DNA of 64,000 nt from Opitutales bacterium (GCA_965226885.1 CBDDEL010000015.1:384001-448000), one strand, 5' to 3'. Counted from the first letter of the stretch, positions 40,084 to 51,255 are shown. Translations and numbers: made by a program. Notes: generated by a model from the sequence alone, not told the origin.

Positions 40084-41936
40084 GAGGCTGTCCCAATAAG
40101 AGGCTGTCCCAATAATATAAAGATTTTATAGTCAACTGGATGACGTTGATAAAAAGAGCCGGAAAGAGCAAGTTTTTGCTCGATCCGGCCAAAAAAGGGT
40201 TCTATAATTGAGTTAGCGAAAATCAATATAGCCCTTTCTATGCCCTTTCTATGAAAAATATAGCCATCCAATGCCTCCTGCGTCCAGCTTTAACTGTGGT
40301 CGACCGGTGCCTCGATTACGATAACTTCCGCGCCACCATTGATCGAATCGATCGGCTGCTGATCGACTCGGAGGTGGAATCGCAGGCCATTGAGCTGGCC
40401 TTGGAGGGGTGGCCGCCAATGGGTCTAAAGGCCCGGCGGCAGCGGGCCAGTTTTGCCATCAAGGCACTGCGCATGGATACGCTGGGCCGTCTGCTCGGAG
40501 GGATTTCGTTTCGGCATTTGTCGCGGGCTCTGGGCAGCAGCGATCTGTTGGCCGACTTTTGCCGTGTCCGGCAGATCGATGGCATCAGGGGCATCTCCAA
40601 AAGCACCCTGGAGCGGGCCTCGAAGTTTTTCAGCGAAGAGCAGTTGAGGGCCTTGCACCGGACCTTGACTGAGGTGGTGGGCGATGCCCTTCTGGCCCGG
40701 CAGGTGGGATTGGACAAGCCGATTGACCCCACCATTTGCCTGATCGACGGCACCTGTTTGGAGGCTAACATTCATTGGCCGACGGACTGGGTATTACTCA
40801 AGGATGTAGCCGGCACGTTGCTCAAAGCGATCCGGCTGATCCGCGAGAAGGCCGGTGTGCGCCATCGCATGCCGATCGAACCGGAGCCCTTGGCTCGGCA
40901 GATGAATCGGCTGTGCATACAGATGACCCACAGCCGGCGGCGAAAGGACAGCGCGCGGCAGCGCAAGGGTATCTTGAGGCAGATGAAAAAGCTGCTCAAA
41001 CGGATCGGTGAGCATGCCCGCAGTCACCGGGAATTATTGCAAGCCTGCTGGGAGCAAAGCGATTACAGCGAAAAACAGGTCCAACAGATCCTCGCCCGGA
41101 TGGAGCGCATGAGCGAGCAAATCCCGGTGGTCATCAAACAGGCGCACGAGCGGATCATTGGCGGCCGCCAGGTGAAAAACGCAGAGAAAGTCTTGAGTGT
41201 TTACGAACTCGATGGGCAGGTGATTGTGCGAGGTAAAGCGGGCCAAGAGGTCGAGTTCGGCAACACCCTGTTTTTGGGAGAAAGCGTTGAAGGGTACCTG
41301 CTGGACTGGAAACTCTACGGCAGCCGAACTCCAAGCGAAAATGAACAAATGCAAGAGAGTTTGCAAAGACAGAACCGCTTCAACCTGGAAGAACCCATAG
41401 CGGCCATGTGCGCGGACCGGGGATTTGCCTCCCAGCGGGCCCGCCGGCAGTTAGCCCAGGAGGGAATCTACGACGCGCTCTGTCCACGCGATCCGAAGCA
41501 GTTGAAAAAACGGATGGAGGAACCACTGTTCAGACAATTGCAAAAGCGCCGGGCCAGCACCGAAGGGCGGATCGGGGGGATCGGGGTATTGAAGAATCGC
41601 TGGCAGGCCGGGCGGTTGCGCAGCAAAGGCTTTGCCAACCGCTCGATCAGCGTAGCCTGGTCGGTACTCTCGCACAACCTATGGAAAGTAGCCAAGATGC
41701 TGGCCCAGCAAGACGAACTAAAAACCAAAGCGGCGGCCTAGAGAGCGGAAAAGCAAGGACAATACTTTTTCACAGCCTTACTGTCGGCTCATACAAAGAA
41801 AACCAGGCAACCGGACCCCAAAACCAGTATCCTAACGTCATAGGAGAGCAAAGTTGATACTCTCCCAAATGCAAATACCTCTAAAATGAGCGCCTATCAA
41901 AAGCCCTCGCAAAAATCACCCTTTTGGGACAGCCTC
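40084..41936 (+). mobile_element. IS5/ISNCY-like insertion sequence, copy 1 (1853 bp)
   Basis: Ends GAGGCTGTCCCAA / TTGGGACAGCCTC; TATTTTA duplicated at 40077-40083 and 41937-41943. Confidence 0.92.
40251..41741 (+). CDS. DDE transposase (IS5/ISNCY-like)
   Basis: IDGTCLEANIHWPTD, RGKAGQEVEFG, ADRGF, RRASTEGRIG. Confidence 0.9.
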   Translation: MKNIAIQCLLRPALTVVDRCLDYDNFRATIDRIDRLLIDSEVESQAIELALEGWPPMGLKARRQRASFAIKALRMDTLGRLLGGISFRHLSRALGSSDLLADFCRVRQIDGIRGISKSTLERASKFFSEEQLRALHRTLTEVVGDALLARQVGLDKPIDPTICLIDGTCLEANIHWPTDWVLLKDVAGTLLKAIRLIREKAGVRHRMPIEPEPLARQMNRLCIQMTHSRRRKDSARQRKGILRQMKKLLKRIGEHARSHRELLQACWEQSDYSEKQVQQILARMERMSEQIPVVIKQAHERIIGGRQVKNAEKVLSVYELDGQVIVRGKAGQEVEFGNTLFLGESVEGYLLDWKLYGSRTPSENEQMQESLQRQNRFNLEEPIAAMCADRGFASQRARRQLAQEGIYDALCPRDPKQLKKRMEEPLFRQLQKRRASTEGRIGGIGVLKNRWQAGRLRSKGFANRSISVAWSVLSHNLWKVAKMLAQQDELKTKAAA

Positions 41937-41975
41937 TATTTTAACCGGCGACCAGGACAAATTTTTCTAACTCTG

Positions 41976-42995
41976 CTAAGATAACGGCACCAGTCTGAGG
42001 GAATTCTGCGAGAGGATTTTGTCGAGGACAGAATCCGGCAATTCCAGGTCTTTGAGGAACATGAGATGGAAGCCCTCAAAATTATCCCGGCCAAACAGAA
42101 TGCGATCCTGGTACGAGATGAGAAAGCGACGAGCGTTTTCCGCATCTCTCTTGAGGGCATTCAATCCCGAACCGGCGGATATGTCACAGTAGAGATTGGG
42201 ATACTTGTCGAGCAGGGAAATTAACTTTCCGCCCGCTACTACGGGACCGCCGGGATACATCTCGAGGACTTGCTCCGAATCCCCGCTGATCTCCCGCCAG
42301 AATCCCGGGGCGTGACCGATGAAGTTGGTATCCGGGCAACGTTGTAATACGCGTTCGATGGTATCGATCTCGCCGCCCCACCAATAACGCCGCGGCGAAT
42401 CTTTGAGATCGACCCTCAGCTGGCCCGTCGGGTCCGGAAGGATGACTTCCAAATGAAACAGCACCGGCAGTCCCAGTTCACCGCAGAGCTCAAACATTTC
42501 AATCAGGTCCAGGTTGTCGTACATGAGGCGAAGCTTGAGCTCACCATAGACGCGAACATTATAGGTTTCCACGGCCGCGCGGAGGCGATCTTTAGCCTGG
42601 GGAAGGCGTGGATCGGTGACCCAGGCGGCCACAAAACGATCGGGATACAACTCTGTTGCAAGGATCACATCCTCGAAAGGTAGTCCCAACTTGTGTGGAG
42701 AGAGGTCGAGATGAACCCATGGGGGAAATTCCTCGCGCGGTCCTTCCCAAGGAAGCAACCAGGCGACATCAATGCCCAACCGGTCCATGTTTTCAACGAC
42801 TTCGTGGATGTTATAGCCGTGATAGTTCACATGGGTGTGAACATCGATGATGCGTTTGCCCTGGAAGGGGGGCTTGGCCGGACTGGCAGCAAAAGAAGGA
42901 GACCGAAAAGCCAGCCCCCCCGCAGCACCTAGCAAACCCATGCGCAGGAACTTCCGTCGATCAATTTCAAGCGCATTCATCCGAGAAATCCTCAT
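41976..42995 (-). CDS. Tat-exported amidohydrolase (Amidohydro_2)
   Basis: DRRKFLRMG twin-arginine signal; IIDVHTH, GELK, PVLFH, FIGHAPG, YCDISAGSG, ILFGRD. Confidence 0.88.
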   Translation of the reverse strand: MRISRMNALEIDRRKFLRMGLLGAAGGLAFRSPSFAASPAKPPFQGKRIIDVHTHVNYHGYNIHEVVENMDRLGIDVAWLLPWEGPREEFPPWVHLDLSPHKLGLPFEDVILATELYPDRFVAAWVTDPRLPQAKDRLRAAVETYNVRVYGELKLRLMYDNLDLIEMFELCGELGLPVLFHLEVILPDPTGQLRVDLKDSPRRYWWGGEIDTIERVLQRCPDTNFIGHAPGFWREISGDSEQVLEMYPGGPVVAGGKLISLLDKYPNLYCDISAGSGLNALKRDAENARRFLISYQDRILFGRDNFEGFHLMFLKDLELPDSVLDKILSQNSLRLVPLS

Positions 42996-43090
42996 TAGTC
43001 GAGGGGATGTTGAAAGGGAAATGGAAAAATGGCAAGATCGTTAAAGAACGATGAATCAATGAACTCACCGGGCTGTCTTACGCACCTAAG

Positions 43091-43730
43091 TCACTCCACG
43101 ACGGCATACTGAACAGTGAGCTTCTTCAGTTGCTCGGGAACAGGTTCAGAAATGCTGTTGAAGGGGCAAACGCTCGGCAATCCGGCCTCTGAACGATGCA
43201 ATTCAAGTGGCGGGCACGAGAGGTCCTGGTGGTAGAAACGACTGCTGGGAAAGATGTCGGCCGGGTAGGTGAAATAATCGAGCATCCCCAACGCGCTGCA
43301 GATCGCACCGCCGGTAGCGCTCTCGAGCATACCACCCACCCAGCATGGGATACTTACGTCGTGGAAGATGTCGTGGATCGCTACCGTATTGGTCAAACCA
43401 CCGGCCCTCTCGGGCTTGATATTCACGTAACGGCAGCTCTTCAGCTCGACAGCCTGCTCGGCATATCTCGCCGAGGTCATGCTCTCATCGAGACAGACTG
43501 GAGTCTTGATCCTCACCTGCAACCGCGCATGGTCCACCAGATCGTCGTGCTGCAAGTGGTTGCTCGATCATGGCAAGGTCAAACTCGTCAATCTTTTCAA
43601 AAAGAGCGAAATCGGAGAGGCGGTAGCCGCTGTTGCAGTCGATGTGGATGATTTCTTCAGGAAACCGGCGGCGCACTCTCTCCAGGACAGGCATGTCCCA
43701 CCCGAGGCGGAACTTCAGCTTGAGTAGGCA
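43091..43730 (-). pseudogene. 5'-truncated, frameshifted o-succinylbenzoate synthase/N-acylamino acid racemase (enolase superfamily)
   Basis: KLKF..GWD, IDCNSGY, MIEQPL|QHDDLVDHARLQ, PVCLDES, NIKP, CWVGGMLES; N-terminal capping domain absent. Confidence 0.82.
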
Positions 43731-43800
43731 TGAAGTTGTCCGAAATTGCTTTTTGGCCTGTCGAATGGGTGGGCGTATTAGCGCCATATCGAAGCCGTGA

Positions 43801-45276
43801 TTAAACGATTTCTTCAAATGGAAACATCGGTTTTCGTCGATACCGATATGCAAACGTCCGCATATCGGCCGCCGTCGCCCCGGTCGTGTCGACCCGAATC
43901 AGCGCCCTGCAAACCGGCTCATACGCCGCGACGGGAGCGTGAACACCTTTGGCCACCAGAATCTGAAAGTCGGATGGTTCCAATCCAATGCTCGTGACGA
44001 CTCCCAGACTGACCGGCACAACGCGCAAACTCGTCAGACTGATCGTCAGTCCGGTTTCCATCGTCACGATGGCAGTTGGACCCATATTGAAATGTGTGTA
44101 GCCACCGTGACGGACTGCCGGCTCTTCGAAATAGCCATCGTGCAGACCCCTGACGGTCACTTCGGCTATGAGCGGTTCGCCGTGTCGATCGTCCGTCTTC
44201 CCGCCCATAGTCAGCGTCAGGTTACTGCCAACGCCTGTCTCCCGCGCTTGTTCCTGGGACTCTGGATCGTATAGACAGACGAATCCGGTGGTATCACTAC
44301 GCCGATGGATCTCGTGAGCGATCAACGTGCCGTCTGCCGCCGATCCGCCCCCTACGTTGTCGCCCATATCCAGCAAACAAACCGGACCCGGCATCCCGAC
44401 CGCCTGGTTGACGGCCTCCTCGATTGTAGTGTATTCCCCGACGAATTCCTCTTTGTGCGCCAACATGTAGCCAGCCAATTCATCCGCCAGCCGTTGCGCG
44501 AGATCGGGATCGTCATCAGTCACGACGACAGCGGACGAGCCCATCTCTTCGACGTCTGCGTAAGGGAATCCGAGGATAACACTGTTGGAGAGAACACCGG
44601 TCTCATTCAATTGGCGATTCGACAGTTCATAGAGCGGAAGGCACGGCCATCGGTTGGTCCCTTGCCTCTCGATATTGATCGCGAAGGCAGGGAACGACGC
44701 TTTTTGAATCGGCTTGATTTCTCCCCGGAGCGTCCGAACCATCAGATCAGCCGCTTCCAGACCCCGCTCCTTCTGATCCAGATGTGGATTCGACCGGTAG
44801 GCGATGGTCGCGTCGCACACGTCAATCATTCGTTCCGAAAGATTCGCGTGGGGATCGATGACACAGATAATCGGTGTTTCCTGCCCGACACGTTTTCTCA
44901 GCTTGGTCAGCCAGAATCCATCAAGGTCCCGATAATCGGAACCCTCACCAGCATTGGCTCCGTGAGGTGATACCAGATACCCGTCGAGTGGCCCCGCATC
45001 GTCCAGCGCCTCGAACATCAATCGGATCAGTTCTTGGCATGTCTCCTTGGTGATGGTCCCGGAGGGCGATGTCGAGGCGTAAAAAATCGGGACGGCTTCA
45101 ACACCCACGCTCTTCAGACCTTCAAAGAAACCGCTGATCTGATGGTGCCCACCCTCGAACTCCCGACGAACTTCCTGGCCGATCAGAAGGTTGTCCCGGC
45201 GAAAGAATTCGCTCGTCGTTGGAGTGACGGCGAATGTATTCGATTCGTGAATAAGCGACAGGATTCCGACACGCAT
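43801..45276 (-). CDS. MlrC/M81 family metallopeptidase/deacylase
   Basis: HESNTF, HGA, DPHAN, YRSNPHLD, DMGDNVGGG, VAKGVHAP. Confidence 0.92.
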   Translation of the reverse strand: MRVGILSLIHESNTFAVTPTTSEFFRRDNLLIGQEVRREFEGGHHQISGFFEGLKSVGVEAVPIFYASTSPSGTITKETCQELIRLMFEALDDAGPLDGYLVSPHGANAGEGSDYRDLDGFWLTKLRKRVGQETPIICVIDPHANLSERMIDVCDATIAYRSNPHLDQKERGLEAADLMVRTLRGEIKPIQKASFPAFAINIERQGTNRWPCLPLYELSNRQLNETGVLSNSVILGFPYADVEEMGSSAVVVTDDDPDLAQRLADELAGYMLAHKEEFVGEYTTIEEAVNQAVGMPGPVCLLDMGDNVGGGSAADGTLIAHEIHRRSDTTGFVCLYDPESQEQARETGVGSNLTLTMGGKTDDRHGEPLIAEVTVRGLHDGYFEEPAVRHGGYTHFNMGPTAIVTMETGLTISLTSLRVVPVSLGVVTSIGLEPSDFQILVAKGVHAPVAAYEPVCRALIRVDTTGATAADMRTFAYRYRRKPMFPFEEIV

Positions 45277-45384
45277 AACTGAAGGAAAAATGTATTCAGC
45301 CAGTGTCTTGTCAAAAGTGTTTTTGCGGTATCCGGAGGATTCGAAGCACGCCGCCACCGTCTGCTATCCCTCGAAATCCGGATC

Positions 45385-45480
45385 CGGTGTAGGAATGCAT
45401 CATGTATATATCGATAACATCCGTTTGCAGGCGCTCCAGAGGCCCTTGACCGCCCGGTGGACGTTGGCGGCCTGGCCGGA
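45385..45480 (-). pseudogene. Aldo/keto reductase internal remnant
   Basis: Manual translation ANVHRAVKG-(frameshift)-LERLQTDVIDIYMMHS matches the AKR SLxRLxTDxIDLY motif. Confidence 0.6.
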
Positions 45481-45564
45481 CAAGAAACTTTCAGTGGACA
45501 AAATATCTATCCAGCCTAGTAAGATTGACTATGCCAACACAGAATCCAACAATCAAGGGGTATA

Positions 45565-48399
45565 GTGACCTTGCGACGAACGGCGATTGTTTCCCCAATT
45601 CTACTCGGAATTTTCCTCGCCTCTGTGTCAGGGGTCTATGCGACCGAAACCTGGACCGTTTCGACCTTCCTCGAATTCAGCGAAGGGACCCTCCAAGACG
45701 GCGGCGCCAACACCTATGTGACCGCAGCGGGGGAGATCCGCCTGGTTAGCCAGTCGGACCTGAATGATGACGGATTTCTCGACATCGTATTTGCCAATAC
45801 CCATGACAACAACACCCAAATCGACCTCTTCATCTACTGGGGAGTTGACGGTTTCGAAGTAGGCCAACGGACGCGATTGCCGAGCGATGGAGGCCAGGCG
45901 CAGGCCATCGCCGATCTCAATCGCGACGGGTTCGAAGACCTCGTTGTCGTCAACGGAAACAACGGGGTAAAGTCGAACACCAACTCCTACATTTACTGGG
46001 GAAGCCAGGATGGATTCGACGAGGAGCGTCGGGCGGAACTTCCGACTAACGGAGCCACCGGAGCAGCTATCGAGGATCTCAACGCGGACGGATTTCTCGA
46101 TCTGGTCTTTGCCAACAGCGCGAATACGAAGGACACGTCAATGAAACCGGGGAACTACTCCACCATCTACTGGGGCTCAAAAGAAGGTTTCTCAACCAAG
46201 AAACTCTCCCACCTCCCTACCCAGGCCGCTACCGACGTTAAAATAGCCGACCTGAACACGGACGGTGCGCTCGACATCGTTTTTTCGAATCAAGGCGATG
46301 GACAGCAATCGGGCAACGTAATGATTTATTGGGGAAAAGGGCAGGAGAAATATTCCGAAAAGCGGCGGACGACTCTCCCTGGCGAGCGGAGTGCCGCCCT
46401 CGCCCTCGCAGACCTCGACGGCGACCGCTTCCCCGATATCGTGGTGGCCAACCGTTACCGCCCCCTCAAACGTGACCCGGAGGAGAAACGCGAACTGGAC
46501 ACGGACTCTGTCACGGACGCCATCTCTTCCTTCATATACTGGGGTTCCAGAGAAGGTTACGAGGCGGCACGCCGAACCGAATTGCCGACGCTGGCGGCGG
46601 CAGGAGTGGCGGCGGGCGACCTCAATGGAGACGGTCTCATCGACCTGGCATTTGCCAATGGTCCGCAACTGACCGGCCACGCCGCCGCGTCTGCTGGAGC
46701 CGGCTCCTATGTCTACTGGAACAGCCCGCAGGGCTTCCAGGCTCACCGGCGCAGCACCTTTCCGACCCTCAATCCCCAAGATTGTCTGATCGACGACATC
46801 AACAACGACGGCCACCAGGACCTCATCTTCGCCAACGATAACGACGCGCGGTCGCATCGCACGACATCCTACGTTTACTGGGGAGGGTCGGATGGGCTTG
46901 ACAGCGGCCGCCGGCTGGATCTGCAGACTGTAGGCGCCGCGAGTATCGCCGCGGGCGACTTTGACAAGGACGGAAAGAAGGATCTTGTCTTCATCAACGC
47001 GATCGACGGCTCCGCCGGCGCGCCGATACCCGCCTACATCTACTGGGGCAATGAAACGGGGGATTACTCCGTCGATCAGCGTTCGGACCTCTTGCACCCC
47101 TACGGTTCTCCGGCCGAAGGACACGCCACCTCGGATATTGACAACGACGGATATGTCGACCTGTTCCAGGGGGGGGCCGAGAGTGCGGTTTACTGGGGCT
47201 CGAAACAGGGGTACTCGACGGGCGACAAAACCTTGGTCTCGTCTAACATGTCCTTCAGCGGCCTTATCGCGGATTACAATCGTGACGGCTACCTCGATAT
47301 TTCCATCAGCGATTTCGCGGCGGGCGGGGTGGCCAGCCTGCACTGGGGCGGCCCGATGGGGTTTGCGGGCAACAATCAATTCATTTTCCAAGCCGACGGA
47401 ACACGCTGCCAATCGTTTGGCGACTTCAACGGCGACGGTTATCTGGATATCGTTTTTCCGAACGTCCACAGCGAGTTGGTGATCTACTGGAACGGTCCAA
47501 ACGGATTTGACAACGTGCGAAAAACCATACTCCCGGCAGCACTGACGGTGGCCACAGAGGTCGCCGATCTCAATCGGGATGGTCATCTCGATATCATTTC
47601 GTGCAACCTGACAACCGCGGATGGCGACTATAAAGCGGGCACCTTTATCTACTGGGGAAGCGCGGACGGTTTTTCTAAGTCACGGAGGCTGGTCCTGCCT
47701 ACCGTTGGCAATGAAGACGCCGCCGTGGCGGACTTGAACGGCGACGGCCACCTGGACCTGGTTCTGACCAGTTACCACGCAGGGGAAACGCGTTCCCACC
47801 CCTCCAGCATCTACTGGAATAGCGATCAGGGGTTCGACCCCGAGCGGGTTACCATGATGCCGACCAATTCAGCCTCCGGCGCCACCGTAGCGGACTACAA
47901 TTACGATGGATTCCCGGACATCCTCTTCTCCAACCACCGCCTGGAGGGGAGCCATCGCAACGATTCCTTTCTCTATTGGGGAGGGCCGGATGGCTTTTCT
48001 CCGGAACACCGCACACTTCTGCCCGGCCTAGGGCCTCATTTGTTGATGGTGAACGACATTGGCAACATCGCTCACCGGGGCGAACGATATGATTACATCT
48101 CCAGGGTCTTCGACTCGGAACGCGCCGCTGACTTCGAATCACTGGACTGGGATGGCGACACTCCCTTTGCCACAGGCATCGAGTTTCAAGTGCGCGCCGC
48201 TCCTTCCTCCGAAGCGATCGAGAAGACTCCCTGGGCAGGGCCGGAGGGACCCGGGAGCTATTATCGCAAGCATCACTCTCTCCTGAGTGGTCTGGCCAAG
48301 GACGCCCAGCATTTCCAGTTCAAGGCGAGCCTCATTTCGCCCAACGGCGCCAATACCCCGGTGCTTCGTTCAATTTCCGTCAACTATCGGCATCATTAA
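45565..48399 (+). CDS. Secreted 14-repeat FG-GAP/VCBS-like protein, paralog 6 (944 aa)
   Basis: WTVSTFLEFSEG..GANTYV; 14 repeats; same subfamily as paralogs 2 and 5. Confidence 0.9.
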   Translation: MTLRRTAIVSPILLGIFLASVSGVYATETWTVSTFLEFSEGTLQDGGANTYVTAAGEIRLVSQSDLNDDGFLDIVFANTHDNNTQIDLFIYWGVDGFEVGQRTRLPSDGGQAQAIADLNRDGFEDLVVVNGNNGVKSNTNSYIYWGSQDGFDEERRAELPTNGATGAAIEDLNADGFLDLVFANSANTKDTSMKPGNYSTIYWGSKEGFSTKKLSHLPTQAATDVKIADLNTDGALDIVFSNQGDGQQSGNVMIYWGKGQEKYSEKRRTTLPGERSAALALADLDGDRFPDIVVANRYRPLKRDPEEKRELDTDSVTDAISSFIYWGSREGYEAARRTELPTLAAAGVAAGDLNGDGLIDLAFANGPQLTGHAAASAGAGSYVYWNSPQGFQAHRRSTFPTLNPQDCLIDDINNDGHQDLIFANDNDARSHRTTSYVYWGGSDGLDSGRRLDLQTVGAASIAAGDFDKDGKKDLVFINAIDGSAGAPIPAYIYWGNETGDYSVDQRSDLLHPYGSPAEGHATSDIDNDGYVDLFQGGAESAVYWGSKQGYSTGDKTLVSSNMSFSGLIADYNRDGYLDISISDFAAGGVASLHWGGPMGFAGNNQFIFQADGTRCQSFGDFNGDGYLDIVFPNVHSELVIYWNGPNGFDNVRKTILPAALTVATEVADLNRDGHLDIISCNLTTADGDYKAGTFIYWGSADGFSKSRRLVLPTVGNEDAAVADLNGDGHLDLVLTSYHAGETRSHPSSIYWNSDQGFDPERVTMMPTNSASGATVADYNYDGFPDILFSNHRLEGSHRNDSFLYWGGPDGFSPEHRTLLPGLGPHLLMVNDIGNIAHRGERYDYISRVFDSERAADFESLDWDGDTPFATGIEFQVRAAPSSEAIEKTPWAGPEGPGSYYRKHHSLLSGLAKDAQHFQFKASLISPNGANTPVLRSISVNYRHH

Positions 48400-48426
48400 T
48401 GCCGGACATGAAGAATCACCTTCGAC

Positions 48427-48710
48427 TCAACGTGGGGTACCGACATACACATTGAGGTTGCGAATACCTTCGCCACCGACTTCACCGCTTGGGATTAAAT
48501 AACTGTGGCCCCATTTGGTGGCATTTGTCACGATTTGATTGGAAGGTATTTCACCACTGGTCGACCATGTATCGATTTCGGTATTATAGATAAAGGTATC
48601 GCGGAATAGACCTACTGGCATTGCCTTTTCTTCTTCACTGCTGCCGGTGTCGGCCCCTTCATAGCCACCGCAAATTGCGATCTGTGATTCTCCAAGATCA
48701 TGTGCGGCTG
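48427..48710 (-). pseudogene. C-terminal remnant of a Kelch/NanM-like mutarotase
   Basis: LGESQIAICGG...FRDTFIYNTEIDTWSTSGEIP...VTNATKW...IPSGEV..GIR; upstream in-frame stop, N-terminal blades missing. Confidence 0.6.
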
Positions 48711-48854
48711 GGACACGGAAGACGATATCAGGCAGTTCGTGGCCGATGCCCTAGAATTGGCCGGGATAGAGAAAAGGTAAAGGTTCGGGTCGCAGTGGTG
48801 CTGTTTTTCAGAGCCATTCCGGTTTTACCCCATTTTCTGTCCGAGTTTTTACCA

Positions 48855-49919
48855 TTACCAGTCGACCCGCAGTTTGGTCCAACGGATACCAAAAGGTCCC
48901 TCCTCCTTGCACCAGTGCGTCGCCAGGATGGTGCCATCTTGCAATTTGATCGCCGTCGGGAATCCAAACATAAAGCTATCAAACACCTCCACTCCCGTCT
49001 CCGCGTCCTGTTGCCGTTCGCGCCGGGCCCCGCCGTCGTACATCAGTCCTTCATAATGCAGGTTCCAGGCGCTGTCGGTGAAGGTCTCCAGGTTCATGAC
49101 AATGCCTTGATCCCCATAGCGACGGTTATAGAGGACCAGGAGCCGGTCCCCGCCGAGGGGAATCGGGGTCATGGTTTGGCCCCATATGCCGGTGGATCGG
49201 GGCGGGCTCCAGGTTGATCCATTGTCGCGGGATAGCACGAAGCTGTCGGGCTGGTCAACCGCATCACCCAGAGTCACGGTCCAACAGGTTGCTATCAACA
49301 GGTCCGGGGAGACTTGCGCCAGCTTCTGCTCCAGGTAGCCGAATTTTTTTTCGGGATCCTCGAAAACGACGGCCAGACGCGGCCATGTTTGACCGCCGTC
49401 ATCAGAAATGGATGCCAGCACTTGCTCTCCCAAACGGTCTTCAGTCGGCAGGGTAGCAGATGGCGCCAGGATACGTCCGGATTCCAGCGCCAAAACTCCA
49501 TGGGAAATCTCGATGCGGGAATGCCCGCCCATGGGAACTGCCTGAGGTCCCGACCATGTGCGACCCCCATCGGCCGAGCGGAGCAGCACCGGTTCATTGG
49601 TCCCCTCCCCGAATTTGGCTTGGCCCTCACGAAAGTAATGCCCACCGTAGGCAAAAACGGTTCGTCCATCGGCGGCAAGACTCAGCTTGAGTGCATAGCT
49701 AGAAGGTGGGTTCGAGGTGGGCGAGACAAGAGTCCCTTCGAGCATCCAAGACTCACCATTGTCCGTTGAGCGGGCCCAATCGGAACCACCAGTGACAAAG
49801 GGACCATCCCCGACGTTGAAGGAGCAGAGAAGATCGCCGTCGGGCAGTTGTACCGCCTGGGGGAACGCCGAATCACGTTGATCGACCCAACCAGTTCCGA
49901 GTAATTCTATCGCGGGCAT
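48855..49919 (-). CDS. BNR/Asp-box sialidase-fold protein
   Basis: Four Asp-boxes: STDNGESW, SADGGRTW, SDDGGQTW, SRDNGSTW; no signal peptide. Confidence 0.85.
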   Translation of the reverse strand: MPAIELLGTGWVDQRDSAFPQAVQLPDGDLLCSFNVGDGPFVTGGSDWARSTDNGESWMLEGTLVSPTSNPPSSYALKLSLAADGRTVFAYGGHYFREGQAKFGEGTNEPVLLRSADGGRTWSGPQAVPMGGHSRIEISHGVLALESGRILAPSATLPTEDRLGEQVLASISDDGGQTWPRLAVVFEDPEKKFGYLEQKLAQVSPDLLIATCWTVTLGDAVDQPDSFVLSRDNGSTWSPPRSTGIWGQTMTPIPLGGDRLLVLYNRRYGDQGIVMNLETFTDSAWNLHYEGLMYDGGARRERQQDAETGVEVFDSFMFGFPTAIKLQDGTILATHWCKEEGPFGIRWTKLRVDW

Positions 49920-50127
49920 CGGGAATTCCTTGTTTTGAGATTTAAGTTCGCAGAGAGCGCTTGTTCGAGAATCTCCTTCAAAAACGCCGCTCTGAGCTGT
50001 AATTAATCATCCATAAGTAAATACCTATTGCAATACTCTACATTCGCATCCAACGATAGCTTGCCAGAAAGGTGATGTGGCCGCCAAAAACACGACCATT
50101 GTCAGTGAGAGTTTTTTGGCGGTCAGA

Positions 50128-50904
50128 TCACATCGCATAAACCCTCCCGAGAAATTCCGAAAGCGCCCGATTCACCGCCTCCGGCTGCTCCAGGTTCGCG
50201 ATATGACCCGCCCGCGGTATCTTTGTTAAAGTCACATCGGCCATAGCCTCCAACATCGGTAGCGCCCACTCTGTCAGATAAGCTGTTTCCTCCTCCCCCT
50301 GCACAATCAGTGTCGGCACCCGGATGTCCCCCACCAGCGCTGACAAATCAGCCTTGTATATCCACGTCATCCCTTGATGATATACCGTCCGTGCGCGCGC
50401 CTCGGTCCAACGGTCCGTCCAGAAGTCGATCAGGGCACGGTTTTTCGCAAACGTAGTTTGCCCGAACACCACGTGAGCCGTCTTTACCGCCCATGTGAGC
50501 GGCACAGTACCTTCGATGTCCAGCTCCGCAAAACTTTCACCTGTAATTTCCTGTATCTTCTTCGGAAATGCCGCCGCCCCAGCGCCGGTCACCACCAACC
50601 CGTCCAGCCGTTCCTGATATTTCAGCGCGAATGAAATCGCCATATGGCCTCCCATCGACATTCCCACAAGCACACATCGCTCAATATTCAATCTGTCCAG
50701 CAAAGTACGGCAATCTTCAACCAGATCGTCCAGGTTGTGCTGCGTGTCCGGCTCGGCCCACGTCCGGTTGTTGTAGGCAATGACACGGTATTTCCGCGCC
50801 AGATATGCCATCTGTGGCTCAAACATCGAATAGTTCATCATCGACCCGTGACTAAACACCACCACCGGTCCTGAACCCCTTTCGATATATAAATCCTGAG
50901 TCAT
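50128..50904 (-). CDS. Alpha/beta hydrolase (enol-lactonase-like)
   Basis: GMSMGG nucleophile elbow; AGHIANLEQP. Confidence 0.9.
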   Translation of the reverse strand: MTQDLYIERGSGPVVVFSHGSMMNYSMFEPQMAYLARKYRVIAYNNRTWAEPDTQHNLDDLVEDCRTLLDRLNIERCVLVGMSMGGHMAISFALKYQERLDGLVVTGAGAAAFPKKIQEITGESFAELDIEGTVPLTWAVKTAHVVFGQTTFAKNRALIDFWTDRWTEARARTVYHQGMTWIYKADLSALVGDIRVPTLIVQGEEETAYLTEWALPMLEAMADVTLTKIPRAGHIANLEQPEAVNRALSEFLGRVYAM

Positions 50905-51255
50905 TGTTCTAGGGTAGATTAATGGTGGATAGGCCAGATCATTCTCAGCAGTTTTCCTGTCACCGGAAGTGGTCGGACCCCATCTTTGCTACCACTTTAT
51001 GTGAGAGTCCTTCCCGTTGGGTAGGTGTTCATTAATACTTATCGTTTTCAATTTTTCTATTGTGTTTGGACAGAACGTATTATCTTTTCTATTATCGCAT
51101 TGGTTCTTGCCGCTGATTCTCCGGTACTGGGTTGATCTGACCGCCGAAAACACGATCATTGCAAGAGTGAAGTGGACGGGGTTGTTTGGACAATTTTGAC
51201 GTGGGATTAAGGTGGAAATCGTGTTCATATTATTTTTTAAAAATATATTTTGTCC

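Noticed and set aside
46192..47586. Long antisense ORFs (also 1844-2881, 20767-21666, 24962-25807, 27568-28266, 51250-52236)
   Set aside because: Shadows of well-supported genes on the opposite strand; no recognisable motifs
48855..49919. Calling the BNR protein a true sialidase (nanH)
   Set aside because: Asp-boxes present, but no clear FRIP motif or Arg triad could be identified
50081..50122. Hairpins as terminators (ccgccaaaaa...tttttggcgg; also 1433-1465)
   Set aside because: Large loops and no clear U-tract; support too weak
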